A stretch of 63,675 bases of DNA, the filler included, from Octopus bimaculoides (lineage: Eukaryota), in NCBI RefSeq assembly GCF_001194135.2. It is 4 parts of 3 records of this genome, joined end to end, with 100 filler letters (N's around TTAATTAATTAA, not from the genome) between each part and the next. Parts side by side here need not be neighbours in the genome. Positions count along the whole stretch, not along the records: positions 1 to 20,269 come from NC_068995.1; positions 20,370 to 36,584 come from NC_068995.1; 2 more parts are not named here. The stretch is one strand, 5' to 3'. The notes under the pieces are model-generated. The model searched no databases and was not told where the DNA came from. It worked only from the letters and a program-made list of their open reading frames with translations. This document shows positions 12,492 to 23,869 of the stretch, one piece after another. Position 1 is the stretch's first letter; every line of letters starts with the position of its first letter. Made by a program: the position numbers and the translations under genes.

Positions 12492-12694
12492 GTCCGTATG
12501 TCCTTTGCATCACGCTTCCCAGTCGACGTCTGGCCAGCAGCAATGGTTTGCTTCAAACAGGAATAATTGCACCATTCTACAAGAGGCTTTATTTTATTTC
12601 ATCTTTTGGTGGTCACATTTGTTTTCATTTCCTGTCCAACGTCCAGTTTTGGGTTCTGAATACAGGGGAGTGATAAGATAGCTACTCCTTTGCT

Positions 12695-12738
<44 letters not shown>

Positions 12739-13509
12739 TTTCCACACCCTCACACACATACACATGTATATTTATTTTCCACACACTTTGCACACAAACG
12801 CCATTAACGAAAGGTATCAGTTTGGTGTCTCGAAATAAAAGTATAAAACTGCTGACCTGTTAATTCTTCAACCACTGGTAAGTATTCCTTTCTGATTCTG
12901 TGGCAACACCATTCTTCGGGTTCTCTGGCAGTGTGGTCAGTGGATAGGGGTGAGATCTGACCCCTATCCCAGTTTCCAAGGTTGAGTAGGGGGTGGTGCT
13001 ACTTTTTTCTCACCTTCTTTTTTTACTCTGCGGAACCCTAGATTCAGTATGGATGACTGCATGAATCTTTGTGAAAGGATTAACTTATAACAACACACAC
13101 ACACACATACCAGTTATTTATGTTTTTATTTCCTAATTTGGTTGTGGTGGTGTGGATGGAGCTGTCATTGTTCTTTGCGTGTGTGTGTGTGTGTGTGTGT
13201 GTTTAAGTGTGTATAATAACAATGTAATTCACCGAATTTAAGTTTGGATTTTGTGCTCTTTGGCAAATTTTGTGTAAACATCGTCCCAAGTCACTCCCAC
13301 TTTGCCCACACACCTGCCACACACACACACATACATATATTGTGTGTATGTGGGTGTATATATATGGATATGTGTCTGAGTTTTCTCAGATTAGATGGTT
13401 TACACGCAATAATACAAATTAAACTCAGAATCTTAATGAGAAGACAGCATAATGTTTGTTTCTGTAAGGGCTGCTGTCACCCAGTTGGTAGAGCAACGTC
13501 AGATTAAAG

Positions 13510-14430
13510 ACGTTGCAAGTATTTATTTATTTTTTTGTTTTTGTTTTAAATTTCTGGCTGCTTCCATTGTTTGTGTCATGTGTTTTGAGCAGTACTATTG
13601 AGCCCCTCTTTTTGAGCACTCAGTTACTCGTGATCCTCATTCTGGTAGACTGTTGATCAGTTTCATTGATTAATGTGTTTGTCTTCTGTTTAATTTGGCT
13701 GAACTTAGCACCATATGCCAGAAGATTGTTTTGTGAGATGCTTGAGTTCCATCTGAGATTGTGAAGTAATACCTTTTCTTTGATCTCAAATCTCCAGATG
13801 GACTTTTTGAAGGAGTGAGTTTAATGTGTCAGGGGAATCTGTCAGACGTCTTAAGAAATAAGTTTCAACCATGTCTACTTAAATCTTGAATGTTAGATGA
13901 AGTTAATTAGTATATTGTACCTCATTGTAATCAGTACATTGTACAGATCCCTGACTCTGAAAGACGATTTTTGTCTTTGAGATTCTATACAACTCAGAAG
14001 GAACTTTGATCAGTTTGGTAGAAGTTGAGATGTAAGTGAAGAAAGAATTAGGAAACTCATTTGACTGAGTTCAAACCTGTTTTTTGTTTTGGAATACTAA
14101 CATGACAGGATTTCAGTATTTAAGGGCTCACGGGTCTCTTTGAAAGAACTGAAGATTCTTGAGTATGCGATAGGGTTTAGGGCCTTATGTATGATGGGGT
14201 CTTAAGGTATGTTGTAGCATTTCATTAAGCCTGGATCTCTTTGGAAAATATTCAGTAGAAGGAAGGAATCATCGAAGGACTCTCAATTCCGCCATTGTTT
14301 CACCTTAATTGTAAGATGTGTCTGTTTGAAAAGTCTTCAGTTGGAGTTTAAGGTTATTTAACAGGTGCTTGCAGTGGATTCTAGATTTACTTTGATAAAG
14401 ACCATTATTTCTGGGTACTGAAATGAACAA
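13510..14430 (-). pseudogene. Heavily degraded Penelope-like element (RT thumb to GIY-YIG)
   Basis: Broken minus-strand peptides EYFPKRSRLNE, THSFKKSIW, IKEKVLLHNLRW occur in the order expected for a PLE C-terminal half. Confidence 0.35.
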
Positions 14431-15119
14431 AGAAATCCCCCCACCACCACCACAAAAAAAAAATGAAAAGAAACGATGAAAAGGATGCTGTCTAGATTGT
14501 GTTCCACCTTTTGTAAGTTCCCTTCTTTGGCGCCATCGTTTGTCTTCGACTGTTCACCACCACAAATACCAACTTGCCTCTTTATTGTGACCAACTAAAA
14601 TCTAAAAAAAAAAAAACTGAAACAAAAACAAAAACTTTAAAATCAAGTCTACAACTCCACAGTTTTTTTTTGTTTTTTTTTTACCTTAAACGTGGTGTGT
14701 AAAAGGAATTAAAATGATCCGAAACCAGACTGGAGCTTATCCGAAAGTCAATGCAAAATTCTTGTATCTTTACTGCTGCATTGCTTTTTTGTTGTTTTGT
14801 TTTTTTTTTTCAAATCTTGTTTGTTTTTTTTTTTTNNNNNNNNNNNNNNNNNNNNNNNNNNNNNNNNNNNNNNNNNNNNNNNNNNNNNNNNNNNNNNNNN
14901 NNNNNNTGAATGGTGATATTCTAATAAACGAATTCCTTATTGGATTTCTTGCTTTGACAACTCACAGAAGGGTTTCTTTTCAATAAATAAATAAATAAAT
15001 TAATTAATTAATTAATAAATAAATGATTAACTAAAGCCAATATATTAATGATTTGTCATTGTTTTTGTTGTTCTTAATCTTATTTGTTTATTTGTGTTAA
15101 TATTTCTTTTAATTATGAC

Positions 15120-16005
15120 GGCGGGTTCATTTCCACTGCGTGGCACCTTGGGCAAGTGTCTTCTACTATAGCCTCGGGCTGACCAAAGCCTTGTGAATGG
15201 ATTTAGATGGAAACTGAAAGAAGCCCATCGTATATATGTATGTGTGTGTATATGTTTGTGGGTCTGTGTTTGTCCACTCAACATCGCTTGACAACCAATG
15301 GTGGTGTGTTTACGTCCACGTAATATAGTGGTTTGGCAAAAGAGACCGATAGAATAAGTACTAGGCTTACAAGGAATAAGTCCTGGGGTCGATTTGCTTG
15401 ACTAAAGGCGGTGATCCAGCATGGCCGCAGTCAAATGACTGAAACAATTAAAAGAGATAGCCAACATGGCAATGGTTGGAAATACTTTGGTTTGACCAGT
15501 GGACAAGTCAAAACTATACAGCTCAAGGTTAGCAACAAAAATAAAATAGAATTATACATTTTCATAAAGGAGTTCATTTAGCAACGGCTTGGTACATACA
15601 TGTATATCAGTAATGCTGTGATAGATCCTTGCATGTCACTAACATTGTGATACGCTCTTGTATGGCAGAGCCCTCTACTGGTGTCATGTAAAAAGCATCA
15701 GTGCCAGTGTCAAATAAAAGCACCTGTGTAATGTGGTTGTCATTAGGAAGGGCAACCATATGGTTCTGGGTTCAGTCCCACCGCGTGGCACCTTGGGCAA
15801 GTGTCTTTTACTATAGCCTCAGGCCGATCAAAGCCTTGTGGGTGGATTTGGCAGACGGAAACCGAAAGAAGCCCGTCGTATATGTGTAACCCGTAACTTA
15901 GTGGTTCGGCAAAAGAGACCAATATATTTAAGTACTAGGCTTACAAAGAATAAGTCCTGGGGTTGATTTGTTCGGCTAAAGGCGGTGCTCTAGCATGGCC
16001 GCAGT
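15120..16005 (+). mobile_element. Two family-B SINE copies (15120-15460; ~15750-16005, the second preceded by an RTE-tail fragment)
   Basis: Both match the family-B consensus body and tail. Confidence 0.8.
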
Positions 16006-16037
16006 AACTGGGTATAACTCTTGATGGATTCTTGCAG

Positions 16038-16094
16038 ACTGATGGATGACACGCAGTTCCTTACGGAAGCAGAGTTAACAATTACAAGCACCAG
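16038..16094 (+). CDS. Candidate 57-nt symmetric coding exon (LMDDTQFLTEAELTITST)
   Basis: Acceptor GATTCTTGCAG, strong donor CAG|GTGAGT, single open frame (phase 2 to 2). Confidence 0.5.
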
Positions 16095-16322
16095 GTGAGT
16101 AAGGAAGGGGGCTTGTCAAGAATGGTCTATTTCAGTGTTTCCCAAACATTTTCAGGCTGTCTACCCCTTAGCACCCAGGCCACATCCCTAGTGTTCCTTC
16201 TCCAACTCACCTCCACAAACATAGACCACTTCCTGCAGCAAATTCAAAACAACTGTTCTATATGTAAGAGATGAGGAATTATTTACATTTGACGGATTTT
16301 TATCCTCATCTTGTTTGTTGGT

Positions 16323-16368
16323 AACACAATGTTTCGGCTGATATACCCTTCAGCCTTCATCAGGTATC
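16323..16368 (-). ncRNA. Minimal type-I hammerhead ribozyme motif (left arm)
   Basis: GAUAC-CUGAUGA-A-GGCUG(loop)CAGCC-GAAA-CAU-U-GUGUU: core, 5-bp stem II and stem I are present; the stem-III palindrome ACGU has become ACAU. Confidence 0.65.
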
Positions 16369-16701
16369 TTGGGGAAATTCGAACCTGGGTTCTCATTCCT
16401 AAGGTATTTTTCGATATTATTATTATTATTATTATTGTTGTTGTTGTTGTTGTTATTATTCACGTCACTGCCTGGAATCGAACTCGGAATCTTGCAGTTA
16501 GTAGCCCGCGCTCTTAACCCCAAGATTCCGAGTTCGATTCCAGGCGNNNNNNNNNNCGGAATCTTGCAGTTAGTAGCCCGCGCTCTTAACCCCAAGATTC
16601 CGAGTTCGATTCCAGGCGATGATCTGAATAATAATAATAATAACAACAACAACATCGAAAAATACCTTAGGAATGAGAACCCAGGTTCGAAATTTCCCCA
16701 A

Positions 16702-16747
16702 GACACCTGATGAAGGCTAGAGGGTATATAAGCCGAAATGTTGTGTT
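16702..16747 (+). ncRNA. Minimal type-I hammerhead ribozyme motif (right arm)
   Basis: GACAC-CUGAUGA-A-GGCU(loop)AGCC-GAAA-UGU-U-GUGUU; the stem-III palindrome ACGU has become AUGU. Confidence 0.65.
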
Positions 16748-17061
16748 AACAACAAACAATATCAGGACAAATATCCGTCAAATGTAAATAATGTTCAAAA
16801 CAACTGTATATCACATATAAAACTGAAACTAATCAACCCACTATTTGGTTTTTTTTATATCCATCTTTTTTTACTCTGCGGAACCCTAGATTCAGTATGG
16901 ATGACTGCATGAATCTTTGTGAAAGGATTAACTTATAACAACACACACACACACACTTTTGGCTACCCCATTATCGCCCCACTTTTCTTCAACGCTCCCT
17001 TGAATCTTTCCACCGCCCCTGGGGTGGGGCAGTCCTGCCCCATTTTGGGAAACACTGCTCT

Positions 17062-17720
17062 ATGTAATGTTGAGGAAGTCGTTTTAGTGGTCTTGGATCC
17101 TCCAGATGAAGCAGGGCAGGAAGGTGTCTGGACAACTGAACGAGTGCATGTGTTGCGTGAATCTTCCCTTAAATACATTGACAGTCATACCCGTGTAGTG
17201 TCTCATGATAGAGTGAGAGTGGCTCTGTAGACCACTGACTTTGCGAGGCACGATTGTCCCAATGGTCATTGATAAAGTGTCGGATGGGAGTTTTCTTTTG
17301 TTGTGTGCAGTGTTGAAAGAGATACTATCTAAGCACCAGTAGCTAACTTTGACATTATAGGTATCTAAGAGTTTATGATATATATGGTTTCTAAAGAATT
17401 TTCTATTACCGTCATGTAGCTCTTAGCTATATTAGTAAAAAACTAGGTTGCATAGAGAATTAAACCAGATTGCCTCTCTCTAGCTATCTCTCTTTAGATT
17501 TAGAGATAGGGATCGGTCATATGTGCTAAGTTATCAGTAAAGCTACTCTTTGCTAATGCGACGTTATATTTGGGGCTATTGAAGATTTGTCTGTCTGCCG
17601 ACAGATTGGTGATACTTCTGTTGATACCTGTGACTAGGTTTCTAATTACGACTGGAGTCATATATATTTCTTTATTAATAGAGTAATACCACACTTTACA
17701 TTCCGACTTCAAACTGCGCA
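17062..17720 (-). pseudogene. Penelope-like element remnant: RT C-terminus plus GIY-YIG
   Basis: PVVIRNLVTGINRSITNLSADRQIFNSPKYNVALAKSSF; AIWFNSL; YHKLLDTYNVKVSYWCL; AHNKRKL; CLAKSVVYRAT; RHYTGMTVNVFKGRFTQHMHSF; FIWRIQ. All occur in canonical PLE order. Confidence 0.8.
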
Positions 17721-18580
17721 GTGGCCAAAAAAGCCGCTTATCTCTCCGAGTTGGTAAAATAAAGTGCCGATCTAGTACTGGAGTCGACGATATCAACTAA
17801 CCCCCTCCCCTCAAAATTGCTGGCTACCTGCGTAAATTAGAAATAATGATTTAAAACTGTAACGCGAAATGGCTGAGTCGTTAGAGCGTTGTAAAAATGC
17901 TTTGCAGTATTTCTTCTGACCCATTACGATCTGAGTTCAAATCTCGATGGGGTCGACTATACCTTTCATTCCTCCGGGGTTGATAAAGCAAAGTACTGGG
18001 TAGTATTCGGGGCGATGGCATCGTCTAAACTCTTCTCCTAAAAAAATAAAATGCTGCCCCTGTGCCTTAATCAGAGACTATTGTAGAAATTCCTAAGAGT
18101 AGTGAGGGCCACGATTGCGACAAAGAAGCCACTTTTTTTTTCTCAACTATGATGTCATTTGTAATTTAAATTTTATTCTAGATTAACAATAAAGTTGCTT
18201 TTTAAAGCTCTGTCAAAATTATAAATGTGATAAAGTTTTAATTTACAGTTTGAAGTTTATTTTCTTTAACATTGTTTGAGTTGTACGATTGTGTCTGGAG
18301 AAATATATTTAGTTTCCGTGAGACACGTTGCAACGGATCTGTATAAAGTGTTGCTTTCTTGTATATAATTATGTGTGTATGCATACAGACTAGTAGTGTA
18401 TATAAAGTGTTGATTACACTTATAATTACGCATGCATGGTATTTTGTCTTGCTGTGTGTATTGTGTTTATAATCATCTAAGCATATATGTAGACATGTTT
18501 GTATATGGGTAATTATGTCTGTCTTGCAGTCTGTATGCAGGAATGTGTATGTGTGCGCGCGTGTATGTACGCGTATGTCG

Positions 18581-18619
<39 letters not shown>

Positions 18620-19406
18620 ATGTGTTTGTGTATAAGCATATATAGGTGTATGTGTGTATATATTTACATATATGCGGGGATTGGATGTATAATTTCTTGC
18701 TAGGCAATTCGTCTTCAAAGCAACATCGCTTTTAGTTTCCATTTCCACTTNNNNNNNNNNNNNNNNNNNNNNNNNNNNNNNNNNNNNNNNNNNNNNNNNN
18801 NNNNNNNNNNNNNNNNNNNNNNNNNNNNNNNNNNNNNNNNNNNNNNNNNNNNNNNNNNNNNNNNNNNNNNNNNNNNNNNNNNNNNNNNNNNNNNNNNNNN
18901 NNNNNNNNNNNNNNNNNNNNNNNNNNNNNNNNNNNNNNNNNNNNNNNNNNNNNNNNNNNNNNNNNNNNNNNNNNNNNNNNNNNNNNNNNNNNNNNNNNNN
19001 NNNNNNNNNNNNNNNNNNNNNNNNNNNNNNNNNNNNNNNNNNNNNNNNNNNNNNNNNNNNNNNNNNNNNNNNNNNNNNNNNNNNNNNNNNNNNNNNNNNN
19101 NNNNNNNNNNNNNNNNNNNNNNNNNNNNNNNNNNNNNNNNNNNNNNNNNNNNNNNNNNNNNNNNNNNNNNNNNNNNNNNNNNNNNNNNNNNNNNNNNNNN
19201 NNNNNNNNNNNNNNNNNNNNNNNNNNNNNNNNNNNNNNNNNNNNNNNNNNNNNNNNNNNNNNNNNNNNNNNNNNNNNNNNNNNNNNNNNNNNNNNNNNNN
19301 NNNNNNNNNNNNNNNNNNNNNNNNNNNNNNNNNNNNNNNNNNNNNNNNNNNNNNNNNNNNNNNNNNNNNNNNNNNNNNNNNNNNNNNNNNNNNNNNNNNN
19401 NNNNNT

Positions 19407-19800
19407 CCTTCTTCTCCTTCTTCTCCTTCTTCTTCTTCTTCTTCTTCCAATTCTTCTTCTTCTTCTTCTTCTTCTTCTTCTTCTTCTTCTTCTTCTTCTT
19501 CTTCTTCTTCTTCTTCTTCTCCTCCTCGCTGCTGCTGTTGTTGGTTCTGTATTCTTGTTGTTGTTGATGTTTTGGCATCGTTTGAGTTTTTTTTTAATTT
19601 TTTATTTTTACTTTGTTGCTGCCGTACTTTTTCTTGTTGTTATTGATGTTGTTGTCGCTACAACTATTGTTGCTGCTGTTGTTGTTCCTTCAATGATAAT
19701 GTTCTAATCTTGTTTTTTTTTCTTTATCTTCTTCGTCGTTTTTGTTGTTTATTGTTGTTTATTGTTATGTGTCAGATATTTTTATAATTATCTTGTCGTG
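19407..19800. repeat. (TTC)n then (GTT)n-like microsatellite / low complexity
   Basis: Direct inspection. Confidence 0.95.
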
Positions 19801-20178
19801 GTCGTTGTAGCGTTTCTTCTTAGATTTCTCACGGCTGTTGTCGTCGTGTAGTCAAAGATCAAGCACGGATAAACTAAAAGACCATCCATCTGTGGCCATC
19901 TTGCCTTTATCTAAACGCACAAAACATATGACCATATAACCATGCATGTTTCTTTTAAAAAAACAACACATTTAGCTGCGACTTCTGGAAGGTTCAGCCG
20001 CTATTCCTAGCAAGCAGAACATCCATCTAGAAGACACGTGTTGACTCATCATTCCTCGTGATCATCCTCGATGTTACTGATGTTGTTGTTGCTGTTGTTG
20101 TTGTTATGGTTGCCGTTGTTATCCATCTTGTCATCGTTTTCATCGTCAACATATCATTCACCATTGTTTCTCTCTCTT

Positions 20179-20269
<91 letters not shown>

Positions 20270-20369
20270 NNNNNNNNNNNNNNNNNNNNNNNNNNNNNNN
20301 NNNNNNNNNNNNNTTAATTAATTAANNNNNNNNNNNNNNNNNNNNNNNNNNNNNNNNNNNNNNNNNNNN
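20270..20369. other. Synthetic assembly spacer N44-TTAATTAATTAA-N44
   Basis: Identical 100-bp construct also at 36585-36684 and 61341-61440; the 12-mer has stops in all six frames. Confidence 0.95.
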
Positions 20370-20400
<31 letters not shown>

Positions 20401-20589
20401 TTAATATCATACGAATTGTCTTTCGAAACTGTGTACCCCGAAACGCATGAAGCTGTAAAGAACAACATGGAAATATAGGGTTAAGAAAAGTTGAAGGCAA
20501 CTGATAAGACACGAAACTATATTTTCCGTAGATATGACAAAGCAATCATCGACTTTTCCTGTTTAAAATTTTCCAAGCCAACAACTTCT

Positions 20590-20950
20590 ACATGCTATCA
20601 CTTATAGATTTGTACCATTTTTGGCAAAATATTTAGAGAAATTTCTGCTTTTGGCAAAATCATATTTGGCGAAATTTCTGTTAGAAATAGCAGCTAAATC
20701 ACCGTTTTTGGAAAAATCATATTTGGCGAAATTTCTGCTAGAAATAGCAGCTAAGTCACCGTTTTTGGCAAAATCATATTTGGTGAAATTTCTGCTTTTG
20801 ACAAAATCATATTTGGGGAAATTTCTGCTAGAAATAGCAGCTAAATGACCGTTTTTGGCAAAATATTTGGGGAAATTTCTGCTAGAAATAGCAGCTAAAT
20901 CATCGTTTTTGGCAAAATCATATTTGGCGAAATTTCTGCTAGAAATAGGA
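20590..20950. repeat. Minisatellite, ~57-bp and shorter units (TTTTGGCAAAATCATATTTGGCGAAATTTCTGCTAGAAATAGCAGCTAAATCACCG)
   Basis: About 8 full or partial units; source of the spurious repetitive ORFs here. Confidence 0.9.
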
Positions 20951-21276
20951 AAGACTAGTGGGAGAAGAGGATGGTAAAAGAATAACAGAGAGAAAGAAAG
21001 AAAAACGAAAGAATAAAAAAATCGTATAGAGTGCGCATCAGAATTATTAAGATAAAACTTACTAGGAAGAAGATGCGTGGGGTTCAATCATATAATGATA
21101 TAAATAATGTATATATATATATGCATATAAATATATAGTTTTAGGGAAAAGAACCAAGGTTCATGAACTCATCGATGAAAATCCACAGTCACATATAGAA
21201 AAATTAATAATTAAAAGCACAATAAATGAGTATAATATAATACAAAGTAAATATCATAAGATAAATATAATAAAAT

Positions 21277-21390
21277 GACTACACGTGTTTCATAACTAAT
21301 TTTCAAATAGAAAGGAAATTCAAATCGATTAAAATCATTTAAAATTATCGAAAATAAATTCTATTCAAAAATACAGCTAATCGTCAGGTC
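21277..21390 (-). ncRNA. Hammerhead-like motif, type I with palindromic stem III and long loop II
   Basis: GAC-CUGACGA-UUAGCU(~77 nt)AGUUAU-GAA-ACACGUGU-A-GUC. Confidence 0.5.
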
Positions 21391-22154
21391 TAAATACAAT
21401 AATAATAATAATAATAAATAAATGTATATATCAACCAACAATAAGTACCAAATGAATTTATATAAAATACTTAATTTATAAAGATAGAAAAATTATTAAA
21501 AATATCAANNNNNNNNNNNNNNNNNNNNNNNNNNNNNNNNNNNNNNNNNNNNNNNNNNNNNNNNNNNNNNNNNNNNNNNNNNNNNNNNNNNNNNNNNNNN
21601 NNNNNNNNNNNNNNNNNNNNNNNNNNNNNNNNNNNNNNNNNNNNNNNNNNNNNNNNNNNNNNNNNNNNNNNNNNNNNNNNNNNNNNNNNNNNNNNNNNNN
21701 NNNNNNNNNNNNNNNNNNNNNNNNNNNNNNNNNNNNNNNNNNNNNNNNNNNNNNNNNNNNNNNNNNNNNNNNNNNNNNNNNNNNNNNNNNNNNNNNNNNN
21801 NNNNNNNNNNNNNNNNNNNNNNNNNNNNNNNNNNNNNNNNNNNNNNNNNNNNNNNNNNNNNNNNNNNNNNNNNNNNNNNNNNNNNNNNNNNNNNNNNNNN
21901 NNNNNNNNNNNNNNNNNNNNNNNNNNNNNNNNNNNNNNNNNNNNNNNNNNNNNNNNNNNNNNNNNNNNNNNNNACATACATACATACATATATATAAGTA
22001 TACACACACACACACACACTCACACTCATACGCACACGCACACTCAGAGACACAGACACACATATACTCCCCCACACACACATATACATACACACACATA
22101 CTGATTTCAAAGTTTGGTACATGGCCAGCAATCTTGGAGGTGGTGTTAAATCGA

Positions 22155-22365
22155 TAACAACTCTCGTCTTTCACTCTCTCTCTCTCGTTCTCTCTCTCTC
22201 TCGTTCTCTCTCTCTCTCGTTCTCTCTCTCTCTCGTTCTCTCTCTCTCTCGTTCTCTCTCTCTCTCGTTCTCTCTCTCTCTCGTTCTCTCTCTCTCTCGT
22301 TCTCTCTCTCTCTCGTTCTCTCTCTCTCTCGTTCTCTCTCTCTCTCGTTCTCTCTCTCTCTCTTT
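22155..22365. repeat. Compound (TC)n-GT microsatellite array
   Basis: Repeating TCTCTCTCTC(TC)GT units. Confidence 0.95.
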
Positions 22366-23786
22366 CACTCCCCCTTCTGTCCTTGACACACAAACCACAA
22401 ATATGAATATATTATGTCATCAATATTTTAAACATATATAAGGCGGTGAGCTGGCAGAATCGTTACTGCGACGAGCAAAAGGCTTAACGGCGTTTCGTCT
22501 GCCTTTACGTTCTGAGTTCAAATGTTGCCGCTTTCGGCTTTACCTTTCATCCTTTCGGTGTCGATAAAATAAATACCAGTTGAGTATTGGGATCGATGTA
22601 ATCAATTTAACCCCTTCCACGAAATTGCTGCTCTCTTGCCAAAATTTGAAACCAATATTTTATACATATATTTTTTGTAAACAAGTAGAAGCTACATGAC
22701 TTTATGGAGAAAGGGATTTGCAGTGTTGCAACACTCATGCCTTTCTCGTGTTAACTCACGACATATAAATAAAAAAAATCCCTCTTATGGTTTTATCTAT
22801 GAAATATTTGTATCTGATTAAAAATAATATTTGAAATAGATGTTAACACACATATAAACATGTACGTGCATATGTATGCATGTGTCTGTGTGCGCGCGTG
22901 TATGGGTGTGTATGTGTTGTTCAGTAGAATGCTCCAAGATGGTATATTTTACTAAATATTTCAAACTCAGTATTTTGCTTTATAGTATTGAAGAAGGTGA
23001 TGTCTACGTAAGAACTTGTTACATAAGCGCTGTAAACGTGCGTATTAAAAGCATTTGAAATGTCACTAATTGTTATTTGTTATTATTCAAATGTAAAGCA
23101 GGCAGAATTTTACATTTGTGTTGCTTATTGAATCCTAAGTCTCAACTAGATCTATAGCGAAAACAGAAAAGTTCAATACGATCAGGATTACTGGTTGCGT
23201 TTTGTCCAAGGTTCGTGACAGTATTTGCAGTGAGGCCTTGAAATAGACATATGGGTGCACACTAGAGTGGATATGCAGACGAAGACAGAATCAATGAAAT
23301 CAGTGGTGCATGACATTATTTCTGCTATGATTTTTATACACATTTTATACATTTTTTTTCTATATTGTCCACCGCCTATCTCAAATAAATAAATAAATAG
23401 ATAAATAAATAAATAAATAAAAATATTTGTCAAAATCAATATTTCATGCACAAATTAAATTCAAAATATAACAGAAACCGTACAAAAATACGATCTGGAG
23501 TATGAGGTTAAGTGTTTTATAATATGCGCTGCTCACTCACTCAATAATAATAATAATAATAATAAGGATAATCCTTTTTACTATAGGCACAAGGCCTGAA
23601 ACTATTGGGGAGGAAGCCAGTTGATTAGATCGATCCCGGTACGCAACTGTTACTTAATTTATCGACCCCCAAAAGGATGAAAGGCAAAGTCGACCTCAGC
23701 GGATTTTTGAACTCAGAGCATAAAGACAAACGAAATACCACTAAGCATTTAGTCCGGCGTGCTAACGATTCTGCCAGCTCACCGCC

Positions 23787-23788
<2 letters not shown>

Positions 23789-23869
<81 letters not shown>

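Larger units (their letters stand above)
16257..16793. mobile_element. Palindromic insertion of a tRNA-headed, hammerhead-bearing retroelement
   Basis: Arms 16278-~16500 and ~16590-16792 are reverse complements; tRNA-like box A/B core in the middle; 14-bp direct repeat TTCAAAACAACTGT at 16243-16256 and 16794-16807. Confidence 0.8.
16133..17057 (-). mobile_element. hAT MITE (same family as 28437-28715) split by two later insertions
   Basis: TIRs CAGTGTTTCCCAAA / TTTGGGAAACACTG; 6/8 TSD GTCTATTT / CTCTATGT. Segments 16133-16256, 16794-16863 and 16957-17057 align in order to the reverse complement of the 28437 copy. Confidence 0.75.

Noticed and set aside
16547-16618. Tandem duplicate of the tRNA-like core
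   Set aside because: Identical ~60 bp either side of a 10-N gap; a typical unmerged contig overlap.
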